Shown here piece by piece: positions 18,543 through 29,391 of a DNA stretch of 33,319 nucleotides. A model generated the notes under the pieces. That model made no database searches. It was not told the DNA's origin and worked only from the letters and a program-made list of their open reading frames with translations. A program made the translations under genes and the position numbers. Location of the stretch: positions 1-33,319 of the IMG/VR virus record IMGVR_UViG_3300017914_002862. One strand, written 5' to 3'. The stretch comes from a virus (lineage: Duplodnaviria > Caudoviricetes). Numbering within the stretch: the stretch's first letter is position 1; every line of letters begins with the position of its first letter.

Positions 18543-21500
18543 ATGGCAACAAATATTAGACACAAGCGTAGTGCGGTCGCAGGCAAAATACCTACCGCTT
18601 CTCAATTACAATCTGGTGAATTAGCAATCAACACAGCAGACGGAAAAGTATTCTTGTTGCGTGACGATAACACAGTTCAAGACATTACAAATAGAGTTTT
18701 TGACAACGATACACAAATTCTTGTAGAAGACAAAGGCGATAGTAGTCAAGCTCAAATCAAAGTTGATGTCAATGGTTTTGAAAAAATAACCATTACTGAA
18801 CAAGAATTCAACATGAAAATGCCTTTGGACATGGAAAATGCCGAAGCTATTACATTTAGAGAACTTACTGCTTCTGGTCTAGACGGTGTTGAAATGAAAG
18901 CACCAGATAACTTGCCCGGCTCATATACCTTAACATTGCCTCTACAAACAGGTACAGTTGGCCAAGTTTTGAAAACAGATGGTAACGGACAGCTTGAATT
19001 TACAGATCCTGATATCTTTGGCGGTAATGTCGTTTATGTGTCTCAAGAACAAGGTGATGACGATAATGATGGACAAAGTGCTCCTGTTAAAACTGTAAAA
19101 CGTGCATGTCAAATTGCTTCAGGTTTGGTGTATAATACTGATGGTACACGTAACAATAGACGCATCAACATCAAAGTTGCCGTTGGTGATTATACTGAAG
19201 ATAACCCAGTGATTATTCCTGACAATGTTGTTGTTAAAGGTGACGGGTTGCGTGGATGTATTGTGCGACCTGCTAATGCTAACTTGGATATGTTCCGTGT
19301 ACGTAACGCATGTTACTTTGGTGAATTTACCTTTAGAGACGGTGTCGATGACAACTTTGTTCCATTGATTACATTCGACTATGCAACAGTGTTTGATGAT
19401 CCAGATGATCCAAACTGTTCACGTGAAGGATATACAAACCTACCAAATACGCAACCAACAATTGATACATCTCCGTATATTCAGAACGCTTCGATTATTT
19501 CATTCTTGGGTGGTAACGGTGCAAAAATTGACGGTGCAAAGATACAATCACCCAACGTTCCCCAGTTTGCTATTGAAGCTGAAAATCCAACAATTGGTGC
19601 TGTTCCTGAACAAGGTAAATCAATGGTTAGTAACGCTTACACCATGTTGTCGTTTGGTGGTACAGGTTGGCGACTATTAAATGATGCATACGCACAGATC
19701 GTTAGCTGCTTCCAAATCTTCATGCTTAACGGTGTTTACACGCAATCAGGCGGATATTGTTCAATTACTAACTCTGCTACCAACTTTGGTTTGTATGCAC
19801 TGCGTAGTAGTGGTTATTCACCTAAAGCATTTGTGTTCGACCGAGCATTTGTCACTAATACAGGTCAAAGTGAAGGTAAACAAACTGTCACTATTGCGGG
19901 TATCAATCGCGATGCACCAGTTGAAGAATTTGTTCTACGCTTTAGAGAACCAGGTTATAAGTATGCTCATGATATTATTACTAACAATATCAACAGTATT
20001 GCAGATGACACAGTTGATTGGATTCAAAATGAAATTGCCACTGCTTCGCCTAGTATATGGTCAGGGTTCACCTATGACGAAGCTAAATGTGGTAGAGACA
20101 CAAGATTACTGTTAGATGCTATTAGATATGACATTATTTTCAACAGTAACTACAGGACTGTAAGCGCAGCTCTGAGATACTTCAACGGTACATTTCCTAA
20201 CTTTGCTGATCAGAAGGATCAACACATTGAAGCGTTTGGTGAAGCAAAAACCTACACTGGAAACTATCTGAGTGACTCAACAGCTACCACTAGATCTAAT
20301 GCTTTGTGGGACGAAATCATTGATATTTTGACAAATGGTGATACAGATACAGTGCCAGGCGATGGTGTTGCAGATGCTTACACTCGTCCGGATCCAACTG
20401 GCGGCACAAACAATGCAAGCGATAGTGGATTTGCAAATGCACGTGATCAGATCTTTAACAACAAACTTTTCATGCAAAAAGAAATCACTGCATGGATTGC
20501 TGTTCAAGTATCAGAAGAAAATTCACCGTTTGATGAAACTTTTTCTTACAGTGTGTCACAGTGTGAAAATGACATTGGCTTGATTGTTGATGCATTGGTT
20601 TATGACTTGACGTATGGCGGTAATTTGCAAACTTATGATGCTGCACTAGCATACTTTGTAGGTACACAAGGACAACTTGCTGACGGACAAAAAGAAGAAA
20701 CTGTTGCTGCTTATGGAAGATTAAAAACCATACTAGGACAAATTGCCCAAGAACAAACAGTAACAAAATCAACTGGTAACACACAAACACAAGATACAAC
20801 TGCTGGAGTAGGTAGTGCAACAGCCGCAGCTAGAGCACAAACACTTATTCAACAAATCATTGATTATATTGACAATGATGGCGATGCAGATGAATCGGGT
20901 TTAACTCAAGAAACACCAGACCTAACATGGGTCTCAAGTAACGCAGAATATTCAGCTTACAATGAATTGGATGCTGAAGGACGTAAAAACATTGCACAAA
21001 ATGTTACACGATATATCAACACACAAATTCAAGCAAATCTATGGTACAACTTTGATTACGATGTTGAAAAATGTCGTAGAGATACAAAACTAATTGTTGA
21101 AGCTGTTGCTGACGATACATGGGATACAGGTAACAGATACACAAGAAACGCAGGTTTAGCATACTTTAACAAGAACTTGGCTGACTCATCTGAGATTACT
21201 ATCAGTGGTCAAGAACTACAAACTGAAGCAGCAATTCAACAAGCTGCTGTATACACAATTGCAACTATCACAGGCAAACCAGGTATTACAACAGATATTG
21301 AAGATTTTGTAAATGAAAGATTTGATATTGTCTCAAATGCTATTGTTGATCCAGGAGATATTCCAAATCCAACAGAAGTTAGCTCCGAGGGCGATGTAAC
21401 CAATGACTTTAAAGCGGCACCTGATGAACAAACATTTGATGCTGACGGAGACGTTGCAACTTCAACAGGTATTTTTACAATTGCAGATCACGGATATGCA

Positions 21501-24500
21501 AATGGTACAAAAGTAATCTACGACAGTAATGGCAATAATGATATTGGCGGACTTGAAAACGAAACAACCTACTATATTAAGATTATTAACGATGACGAAT
21601 TTACATTGACATTTGACGACAGTCTTGAGTTTGATGTGCAACTGTTTACTAATGTAACCAACAGTGGAACACACAAATTCTTAAGTGGTATTATTGAATT
21701 CTTTGTAGAAGAAGTTATTTCAAGTCATACTACTTATCAAACACTTATTTTAGAATCAGGTGCAGAATCATATGAATTTATTCCAGGACGTACTATTTCG
21801 GGTACAACTGGTGTTAACAATAACAGTGCTATTGTTACACAGTGGGAACCTGATTTAAGAAGACTTACTGTGAGCATTGAAGAAGTTACAGTTGGATCAA
21901 GTACATTACGTATTCAATTTGATACCAGCAGTACAATTACAAGTGACCATGCTGATACACCAAACTTGGCGATTTCATTGCTAGAAGTAGCAGCAAAAAC
22001 TGGCTTAGGTACAGCAACCTTCAGTATCACTGCAACTGACGGTTCAAGTAGTTTAACCAACTTGAGTGCCTTGCCTGAGAAACAGTGTTGGTTCCACAGA
22101 CCTAGTATTGTTAACTCATCATCACATACTTGGGAATATGCAGGTTCGGGTACAGACTATAACGCTCTACCACAAAACGGTGGTAATACTAGAACAGAAT
22201 ATGAACAATTTGAAGAACTACCAGGACGTGTGTATTCGTCAGGTACAAACGAACTTGGTGACTTTAAAGTTGGTGACTTTATTACAGCCTTTAACAGAAC
22301 TGGTAACATTACCTTTAGAAACAAAGTGCAGGTGGACGAACTTGATGCACTGCGTCTAAGTGTTAGTGATGTTGAAATTGAAGAAATCTCAACTGATGTA
22401 AACTTAGGTGACAACGAACAAGGTGGTGCAAGCGATAATAGACTTTCTACACAGCTTGCAGTGCGTAGCTTTATTTCAAACAGACTAGGTGGGTTTGTTG
22501 ACAAGTCAGTTTCAACTGCTGCTGTTCCTGGTGCCATTGTACAACTTAACGTAAACGGACAGTTGAATGCTGACTTGATTCCAGCTACTAGACAGTTTAC
22601 AAACACAAATACCAATGGATATCAATCAAGACTTCTACAAGTAGAAGATGTTCCTCCTGTAGATTTGAAAGCTGGAGATATTGGTACAGAAAATTATGAA
22701 CAGGTTGAACTTACACTAAGTGGTAATATCTCTGCTAATGATGGCGATATTATTACACAACCTGGTGTAGCAGGTGCAAGAGCTTATGCAAAAGGTGATT
22801 TTCCTAACAGTAACACAGTCTTGGTTGTGACCACAGGTGCAGCATGGGACGACAACGAAGACAGTACAGGTGATCCTTGGGAAATCGGCGCCGGCAATAT
22901 TTTCGTCAATGGTGTTGACTCTGGTGAGAATGTTACGTCAAAAGGTGCAAGCACTGCAATCGTAGATAACTGGTTCTTAAAAAGTTCAAACAGTAGTCAG
23001 TATCTAGTTGTTGACAATGACGAAGACTACAATTTTACATTTGTGGCTATTGCAACAGCACGCCGTACAAATGATGTAATGACAGTCCAAACAGCAACTA
23101 ATCACAATTTAAAAGTAAACAACAATGTTGCTGTTCGTATTACTGGTCAAGATACATTTACTCAAAACGGATTGGTCCAAAGTGTAATTGACAGTAGAAC
23201 ATTCACAATTAACAACACCGGCGACGATTCATTATTGTTGACTGGTATTACAGGTACAGTTGAAACTATTGTAACCAGTGCTGACGGGGATGCTCAAGGT
23301 AAAGTCACAGATTTCCGAGAAGGCATGCTAGTAGGTGTTGACAATGCTAATATCACAGGTGGTAGTGGTTATACACCTACTACTGGTAGTAAAATATACG
23401 CAGATGTACCTATGATTGCAAACACTGGTAGTGGTACTGGTGCTAGAGCAAACATCACTGTTACAGCTGGTGCAATCACTGATGTTGACTTGATTAGAAG
23501 CGGCACTGGATATGCACAAGGCGATCTAGTATCAGTAGATCCTGTAGATCTAGCAGGAGACAGTGCAGGTAGTGGATTTGAAATTGAAGTAACTTCAACT
23601 GAAAAACGCATTTATGTAGATATTATCGGCGGTACGTTGTTTGTTGCAAGTACATCAAGCCAAGACTTTGTTGAAGACAATGATGCAATTGATGAAGCTC
23701 GTGTAATCAACTTAGATGATCAAATCAGTCACAACTTCTTAGCAGGTTCTAGTGATGCTAGTGGTAATGTAGACTATACAGATAGCAGAATTGAAATCAC
23801 TAATCATGGTTTATCAAACGGTGATCCAGTCAAATATGACACACTAGGCGGTGTTGCTATTGGAGGATTGGTCAACGGCGAAGTTTACTATGTAAAATAT
23901 TATGATGCAAACACACTTGAACTGTTTGACGATTATGATCTAGATACAAAAATAACATTTAGCAGCACACCGGCAAACACTAACCATAACATTACAAGAT
24001 TTACAGTTAATATTATTGACAACAGTATTGTTGTAACAAATCATGGGTTCTCTACAGGTGATGCGATTAGGCTTGAAACATTGAGCGATGGTTCTACAAC
24101 AAACGGATTACCGAGTATCACAAACAATGATGATCCTATCGCTACAGGTTCAAGATTCTTTATTGGTAGTGTAACAGACAACTCATTTACATTGCACAAT
24201 TTGCGTTCTGACGCATTGAGCAGTGTAAACGGATTAGCCACACTACCAGTAGATTTAGATACAACTGGTGTAGGTAGTGCCCAGGTTATCTTGAACAATA
24301 CAAAAGTCAGCACAGTTGTTAACACTTCGAGTAGATTGATTGCAAACTGGAACACATTGGCTGTTACTAACATTGACGCAGAAAACATAATCTCTGGTGT
24401 AATCTCTCCGAGTAGACTTGCACTAGCAGGTATTGCTAACAGTGATAGTGCATTGTTTGGTGATAGTAGTTATAAAACAGTTGTACAAAGTTTGAAAAAA

Positions 24501-27500
24501 GCAACCACAACTGACAACCCAATTACACTTACAGGTTCAAGCGTTGGCGGAGAATTTTATGGCGATCCAGTAAATATTGGTATTGCTAATACAGACTTTG
24601 TCATTGGTGGTACATTCTCAACTTTAGGTGTGTCAAAATTCTTGCAAACACAATTTGAAGTTGCTGACGATGCAAGCGGTGAAGTATTCATCAAAGATGG
24701 TGTTGTAGATGCAGGTACACTGGATAGTTTGGATAGTTCGTACTTCCTTAACCCTGCTAACCTTACAAGCCTAGTGCCTGTAAGTAGAGGTGGTACAGCA
24801 ATTGGTACATATGCTGTAGGTGATATTCTATATGCTCAATCAACCGGTAGTTTAAATACACTAAACATTGGTAGAGCAAATACTTTCTTAAAATCAAGTG
24901 GTACAGTTCCTGAATGGGGTACTGCACTTGATCTTGCTGAAGGACTAGATGTTGGTTCAGCTAAACTAACATCAACAAGCACATCAATAGGTCAAGTTTA
25001 CAATACATCAGTTACAACACTAGAACTAGGCGGCGAAGCTGACAATGTTAAAATTGGTAAAGCAGGTGACAACAGAGATATTTCAAGTTTTGTTGCAAAT
25101 TACGATGGTACAGCAACACAAGATGTTGCTGTAAATTTAGCACAAGTTTCAGCAGATACAAGTGAAGCTAGTGACAATGGCGAAAATGTTCTTCTGTTCT
25201 CAGCTGATGATATTAGTGATATTACATTTGGTATGACAGTAAGCGGTAGTGGTAGTATTCCTGCAAACACAACAGTTAGTGGTGTTACAGAAACAGAAGT
25301 TTTCTTGAGTAACGATCTTACTGGTAATGTTTTGACAACAACTACTATTACATTTACGTATTCACCACTGACACTAGGTGTTAGAGAAGGCGACGAAATT
25401 ACCATCGCAGGTAGTGGTGTGACAAACTTAGACGGTACATGGCCAGTAAGCGGTGCAACAGAAAATGCAACCAGTTTCACAGTGCGTACAGATGCAAACG
25501 TCACTGCTGATGAAGTTTCAAGAGCAGGCACAATTGTAAAAGAAAATAGTATCTTATTTAGAAATGAAGAGGTTGTGTTTGGTAGTGCGATCAACAGTGA
25601 CAATCCACAAGACGCTTTACTTAGAGGTGAAAGCGGTCTAGGCACTGACGTAGGTGGTGGTGCAATTGTATTGCAAGCTGGTACTGGTACAGGTAATGCT
25701 ACTGGTGGCGACATTGTGATGAAAACTGGTGAAGTTAGCACAACCAGTGACATTAGACAAACACAAACTGAAAGAGTGCGTATTGATACTGAAGGTATCA
25801 TGACTGTAAATGGATATACCACATTTACTGATACCACAGGTATAAAAATTCCAGTAGGAACAACTGCACAACGTCCAGGTGGTTCAGGAATATATGTATC
25901 AGCTGCACAAGGTCAAATACGTTATAATACAAGCGACAGTACATTTGAAGGATTCGATGGAACCAACTGGGGTTCACTAGGTGGTGTTAAAGATGTTGAT
26001 CAAGATACATTTATTAGACCTGAAACCACAGCAGGTGCAGACAACGATGAATTAGAATTCTTCACAGCTGGCACAGAACGTATGCAAATTGGTGCAACAG
26101 GTGATCTTGGCTTTGGTGATGGACTAACAAAATTTACAGTTGCGTATTCAACAGGTAACACTGACATTGCAGGTAACTTGACAGTTACAGGTAACCTTAC
26201 TGTTGAAGGCACTACAACGACAATTGATACAGCAACATTGATTGTTGAGGATAAAAATATTGAACTTGGTAATGTTGCTACACCAACTGATACAACAGCA
26301 GATGGCGGCGGTATTACACTGAAAGGTACAACAGATCATACATTCAATTGGGTAAATTCAACCGATGCTTGGACAAGTAGTGATCATATTAATCTAGCCA
26401 GTGGTAAAGAATATTATATCAACGGATTTAGTGTGCTAACAAGCACAACACTTGGTTCAGCAGTGATCAATAGTAGTCTGCAAGGCACAGGTGCATTGAA
26501 TGCAGGTAGTATCACAGACGGCTTTGGCGCTATTGATATTGGCAGTTCAAACCTAACTGCCACTGGAACTGTAACATTGGGTGCTACAAGTTTTGGCGAC
26601 AACAACATAACCAATGTTGGTAGCATTGCATTAGATACAATCAGTGGTGACAACGGGTCAAGTATGAACTTTGCAAGTTCTACACAAGTAAACGTTGATA
26701 ATACAACACAAGCAACCTCAACAACTACAGGTGCATTGATTGTAGATGGTGGCGTAGGTATTGTTAAAAACTTACATGTTGGCGGGACACTAACTGGTAA
26801 CGGTAGCGGATTAACAACACTAAATGCAAGCAACTTGTCAAGTGGCACAGTTAACGATGCAAGATTACCAACAAGCCAAGCAGGCAAAACATTTACCAGT
26901 GATATTACTGTAAATGGATTTAGAATTGGTCAAGGTGCTCTTGCTGAAACCAGTAACTTGGTTGTTGGTGGCGGCGGTAGCATAACAACTGGTGCACAAA
27001 ACAACACAGGTGTAGGGTCAGGATCATTTGCTGGTGCTATTTCAGGAGACAATAACACTGCATTAGGTTATGTTGCACTAAGTGCTTTGACAACTACATC
27101 AAACAACACAGCAATTGGTGCAAACAGCCAAGAACAACGTGTAGGAAGTGGTAGCAAAAACACCAGTGTTGGTTCGTCTACTATGAGCAACAGTACACAG
27201 GGTGATGACAACGTTGCTATTGGTTATCAAGCACTTGAAATTGTTACAGGTAACCAAAACACCGTAGTTGGTTCACAAAGTGGTAGTGCACTATCAAGCG
27301 GTAGTAATAACATTATTATTGGTTATAATATTGAATTGCCAACCAACACAACCAGCAACTATATTCAACTTGGTAACACCAGTTCAGCAAACTTGAACAT
27401 TCCTGGTATTAATCTTAGTGCAAATGCAACAACATTGACATACAGTGGTACTGGAGGCTTTGCTGGTGTAGGTACTTCTTTAACAGCATTGAACGCAACA

Positions 27501-29174
27501 CAGCTTACCAGCGGCACTGTGCCTGATGCACGTATTTCACAGACAAGTGTTACACAACACGAGACTGCAATTGATGCTGTTGGAACACTAAACGGTGGTG
27601 CGATCAGTTCAGGATTTGGAAACATTGACATTGGAACAAGCAACCTTACAGCAACTGGTACAGTTAGCTTGGGTACAACCAGCTTCAATGATAATAATAT
27701 AACAAATGTAGGACAAATCAATCTAGATACTATTGCAGCAGACGTGAATGCTACAGGAATTAATTTTGATAGTGGTGCAATTGTAACATTTGACAATGTG
27801 ACTCAAGCAACAACAACAAGCAACGGTTCTGTTAGAATGCTGGGCGGTTTGAGTGTTGCTAAAAACATTCAGTTAGGTGGAACCATTACAGGTAATGGTA
27901 GTGGACTTACAACACTGAATGCAAGTAACTTGTCTAGTGGTACTGTACCAAGTGCAAGAGTCAGTGGTAGTTACACAGGTATTCTTGGAACAGGCGCACT
28001 AAACGCAGGACAAATTACCAGCGGCTTTGGTGATATCAACATTGGTACAAACACATTCACTGGTAACGGTAGTGGTTTAACAAATGTTGATGCTACAACT
28101 CTAGATGGAATTGATAGTTCAGCGTTCTTGCGTAGTAATGCAAATGATACATTTACTGGATTGCTAACTGGTAATAGAAACTCAAACGAACAAATTAGAC
28201 TTGCTACACAAAGTTCAACTGGTTCACCATATTTGAGTTTCTATCAAGCAGGAACACGCAGAGGCTATATTCAATATGTCAACGGCGGCGCAATGCGTAT
28301 CTTCAATGACAGAACTGATGAATATCTAGATATCAACAGTGGTGCTAATGGGTTAACTTATACAGTTAGCGGAGCAGCAACTTACACAGTATGGCATGCA
28401 GGTAACGATGGAACTGGAAGTGGCCTAGATGCTGATACACTAGACGGTGTTCAGGGTAGTGCATTCCTTCGCAGCAATGCAAACGACAGCTTCAGTGGAA
28501 CACTCAGTGGTGCTGGTAGTATCAATATTACAGGCAATGTTACAGCAGCCGCATTCACAGGAGACGGTAGTGCTCTAACTGGTATCAGTGCTGATGATGC
28601 TGATTCACTTGGAGGTGTTGCAGCTAGTGGATATTTACGTAGTAACGCAGCAGATCAAAAAACATCTGGAACTTTAAGATTCAATGACAATGTTCAATTG
28701 AACTTTGGTACAGGAAATGATGCTGAAATTTATCACAACGGTTCGCATTTGTATTTTGATATGAACGCTGATGACGATATTATCTTTAGAGACGGTAATA
28801 ACAGTAATGCAACTAGATTTACATTTGATACAAGTGCAGGTAGCTTTACAGCTACAGGAGAAATTACAGCTTACTCAGATGCAACACTGAAAGATAATGT
28901 TGAGCTGATTGTTGATCCGTTGAAAAAGATTTTGAGTGTTAGAGGTGTAACCTTTACACGTACAGATCTTCCAGACACTGAAACAAGACACATGGGTGTG
29001 ATTGCGCAAGAGATTGAAGAACACTTCCCAGAAGTTGTAAACACAAATGAAGAGTCTGGTATTAAAACTGTTAACTATGGAGCAATGGCAGGTGTGTTTA
29101 TTGAAGCATTCAAAGATCAGCAACGTCAAATCGACGAGTTGAAAGACATGGTTCAAAAATTGTTGAATAAATAA
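18543..29174 (+). CDS. Giant tail fibre protein (3543 aa) with C-terminal peptidase S74 intramolecular chaperone
   Basis: N-terminal RHKRSAVAGKIP...GELAINTADGKVF fibre anchor. Beta-helix-like domain paralogous to the upstream gene. Three Cys repeats, NHG-x-x-x-GD beta modules, YadA-like NTA(I/L)G repeats and LDG...FLRSNAND repeats. C-terminal AYSDATLKDNV...GVIAQEIE...VNYG plus coiled coil (S74, from ~28875). Confidence 0.9.
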   Translation: MATNIRHKRSAVAGKIPTASQLQSGELAINTADGKVFLLRDDNTVQDITNRVFDNDTQILVEDKGDSSQAQIKVDVNGFEKITITEQEFNMKMPLDMENAEAITFRELTASGLDGVEMKAPDNLPGSYTLTLPLQTGTVGQVLKTDGNGQLEFTDPDIFGGNVVYVSQEQGDDDNDGQSAPVKTVKRACQIASGLVYNTDGTRNNRRINIKVAVGDYTEDNPVIIPDNVVVKGDGLRGCIVRPANANLDMFRVRNACYFGEFTFRDGVDDNFVPLITFDYATVFDDPDDPNCSREGYTNLPNTQPTIDTSPYIQNASIISFLGGNGAKIDGAKIQSPNVPQFAIEAENPTIGAVPEQGKSMVSNAYTMLSFGGTGWRLLNDAYAQIVSCFQIFMLNGVYTQSGGYCSITNSATNFGLYALRSSGYSPKAFVFDRAFVTNTGQSEGKQTVTIAGINRDAPVEEFVLRFREPGYKYAHDIITNNINSIADDTVDWIQNEIATASPSIWSGFTYDEAKCGRDTRLLLDAIRYDIIFNSNYRTVSAALRYFNGTFPNFADQKDQHIEAFGEAKTYTGNYLSDSTATTRSNALWDEIIDILTNGDTDTVPGDGVADAYTRPDPTGGTNNASDSGFANARDQIFNNKLFMQKEITAWIAVQVSEENSPFDETFSYSVSQCENDIGLIVDALVYDLTYGGNLQTYDAALAYFVGTQGQLADGQKEETVAAYGRLKTILGQIAQEQTVTKSTGNTQTQDTTAGVGSATAAARAQTLIQQIIDYIDNDGDADESGLTQETPDLTWVSSNAEYSAYNELDAEGRKNIAQNVTRYINTQIQANLWYNFDYDVEKCRRDTKLIVEAVADDTWDTGNRYTRNAGLAYFNKNLADSSEITISGQELQTEAAIQQAAVYTIATITGKPGITTDIEDFVNERFDIVSNAIVDPGDIPNPTEVSSEGDVTNDFKAAPDEQTFDADGDVATSTGIFTIADHGYANGTKVIYDSNGNNDIGGLENETTYYIKIINDDEFTLTFDDSLEFDVQLFTNVTNSGTHKFLSGIIEFFVEEVISSHTTYQTLILESGAESYEFIPGRTISGTTGVNNNSAIVTQWEPDLRRLTVSIEEVTVGSSTLRIQFDTSSTITSDHADTPNLAISLLEVAAKTGLGTATFSITATDGSSSLTNLSALPEKQCWFHRPSIVNSSSHTWEYAGSGTDYNALPQNGGNTRTEYEQFEELPGRVYSSGTNELGDFKVGDFITAFNRTGNITFRNKVQVDELDALRLSVSDVEIEEISTDVNLGDNEQGGASDNRLSTQLAVRSFISNRLGGFVDKSVSTAAVPGAIVQLNVNGQLNADLIPATRQFTNTNTNGYQSRLLQVEDVPPVDLKAGDIGTENYEQVELTLSGNISANDGDIITQPGVAGARAYAKGDFPNSNTVLVVTTGAAWDDNEDSTGDPWEIGAGNIFVNGVDSGENVTSKGASTAIVDNWFLKSSNSSQYLVVDNDEDYNFTFVAIATARRTNDVMTVQTATNHNLKVNNNVAVRITGQDTFTQNGLVQSVIDSRTFTINNTGDDSLLLTGITGTVETIVTSADGDAQGKVTDFREGMLVGVDNANITGGSGYTPTTGSKIYADVPMIANTGSGTGARANITVTAGAITDVDLIRSGTGYAQGDLVSVDPVDLAGDSAGSGFEIEVTSTEKRIYVDIIGGTLFVASTSSQDFVEDNDAIDEARVINLDDQISHNFLAGSSDASGNVDYTDSRIEITNHGLSNGDPVKYDTLGGVAIGGLVNGEVYYVKYYDANTLELFDDYDLDTKITFSSTPANTNHNITRFTVNIIDNSIVVTNHGFSTGDAIRLETLSDGSTTNGLPSITNNDDPIATGSRFFIGSVTDNSFTLHNLRSDALSSVNGLATLPVDLDTTGVGSAQVILNNTKVSTVVNTSSRLIANWNTLAVTNIDAENIISGVISPSRLALAGIANSDSALFGDSSYKTVVQSLKKATTTDNPITLTGSSVGGEFYGDPVNIGIANTDFVIGGTFSTLGVSKFLQTQFEVADDASGEVFIKDGVVDAGTLDSLDSSYFLNPANLTSLVPVSRGGTAIGTYAVGDILYAQSTGSLNTLNIGRANTFLKSSGTVPEWGTALDLAEGLDVGSAKLTSTSTSIGQVYNTSVTTLELGGEADNVKIGKAGDNRDISSFVANYDGTATQDVAVNLAQVSADTSEASDNGENVLLFSADDISDITFGMTVSGSGSIPANTTVSGVTETEVFLSNDLTGNVLTTTTITFTYSPLTLGVREGDEITIAGSGVTNLDGTWPVSGATENATSFTVRTDANVTADEVSRAGTIVKENSILFRNEEVVFGSAINSDNPQDALLRGESGLGTDVGGGAIVLQAGTGTGNATGGDIVMKTGEVSTTSDIRQTQTERVRIDTEGIMTVNGYTTFTDTTGIKIPVGTTAQRPGGSGIYVSAAQGQIRYNTSDSTFEGFDGTNWGSLGGVKDVDQDTFIRPETTAGADNDELEFFTAGTERMQIGATGDLGFGDGLTKFTVAYSTGNTDIAGNLTVTGNLTVEGTTTTIDTATLIVEDKNIELGNVATPTDTTADGGGITLKGTTDHTFNWVNSTDAWTSSDHINLASGKEYYINGFSVLTSTTLGSAVINSSLQGTGALNAGSITDGFGAIDIGSSNLTATGTVTLGATSFGDNNITNVGSIALDTISGDNGSSMNFASSTQVNVDNTTQATSTTTGALIVDGGVGIVKNLHVGGTLTGNGSGLTTLNASNLSSGTVNDARLPTSQAGKTFTSDITVNGFRIGQGALAETSNLVVGGGGSITTGAQNNTGVGSGSFAGAISGDNNTALGYVALSALTTTSNNTAIGANSQEQRVGSGSKNTSVGSSTMSNSTQGDDNVAIGYQALEIVTGNQNTVVGSQSGSALSSGSNNIIIGYNIELPTNTTSNYIQLGNTSSANLNIPGINLSANATTLTYSGTGGFAGVGTSLTALNATQLTSGTVPDARISQTSVTQHETAIDAVGTLNGGAISSGFGNIDIGTSNLTATGTVSLGTTSFNDNNITNVGQINLDTIAADVNATGINFDSGAIVTFDNVTQATTTSNGSVRMLGGLSVAKNIQLGGTITGNGSGLTTLNASNLSSGTVPSARVSGSYTGILGTGALNAGQITSGFGDINIGTNTFTGNGSGLTNVDATTLDGIDSSAFLRSNANDTFTGLLTGNRNSNEQIRLATQSSTGSPYLSFYQAGTRRGYIQYVNGGAMRIFNDRTDEYLDINSGANGLTYTVSGAATYTVWHAGNDGTGSGLDADTLDGVQGSAFLRSNANDSFSGTLSGAGSINITGNVTAAAFTGDGSALTGISADDADSLGGVAASGYLRSNAADQKTSGTLRFNDNVQLNFGTGNDAEIYHNGSHLYFDMNADDDIIFRDGNNSNATRFTFDTSAGSFTATGEITAYSDATLKDNVELIVDPLKKILSVRGVTFTRTDLPDTETRHMGVIAQEIEEHFPEVVNTNEESGIKTVNYGAMAGVFIEAFKDQQRQIDELKDMVQKLLNK
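19960..21360 (+). repeat. Three further copies of the Cys-containing helical repeat
   Basis: KCGRDTRLLLDA (Cys codon at 20088), QCENDIGLIVDA (20562) and KCRRDTKLIVEA (21072). Confidence 0.9.
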
Positions 29175-29203
29175 TTGACAACTAATATATCATATGCTAA
29201 ACT
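29175..29203 (+). promoter_or_regulatory. Sigma70-type promoter with extended -10 (a TAAATA core also lies at 29168-29173)
   Basis: TTGACA (29175-29180), 17-nt spacer ending TGC, then TAAACT (29198-29203). Confidence 0.65.
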
Positions 29204-29222
29204 AATGAAAATAGGAATGTAG

Positions 29223-29378
29223 ATGGCTTTACCCGCAACAGGCAACACAATTACAATGACGCAAATTTTTAACCACTTCAGTGCAAGTGGTGCGTACAGT
29301 ATCGGTAATCTCGGTACGTATATTGGTGTCAGTGTGGGTAACCAACTTAGCATGAGCGCCGGTTTTGGCGGCAGATAA
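29223..29378 (+). CDS. 51-aa fibre-associated protein (absent from the ORF track)
   Basis: MALPATGNTITMTQIFNHFSASGAYSIGNLGTYIGVSVGNQLSMSAGFGGR, with AGGA upstream. The MALPxxG...I-x-M start is typical of small proteins following S74-capped fibres. It fills the gap exactly. Confidence 0.8.
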   Translation: MALPATGNTITMTQIFNHFSASGAYSIGNLGTYIGVSVGNQLSMSAGFGGR

Positions 29379-29391
29379 TTAGGAGCATAAT

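Noticed and set aside
11181-29156. Many antisense and alternate-frame ORFs inside the two giant genes
   Set aside because: Expected from the codon bias of the real frame. No independent expression signals or motifs.
26480-29174. Diversity-generating retroelement target in the distal fibre
   Set aside because: No reverse transcriptase in the window. The repeats differ mainly at synonymous positions rather than adenines, and the C-terminus is an S74 chaperone.
29153-29353. Minus-strand 66-aa ORF
   Set aside because: It is antisense to the more credible plus-strand 51-aa ORF at 29223-29378.
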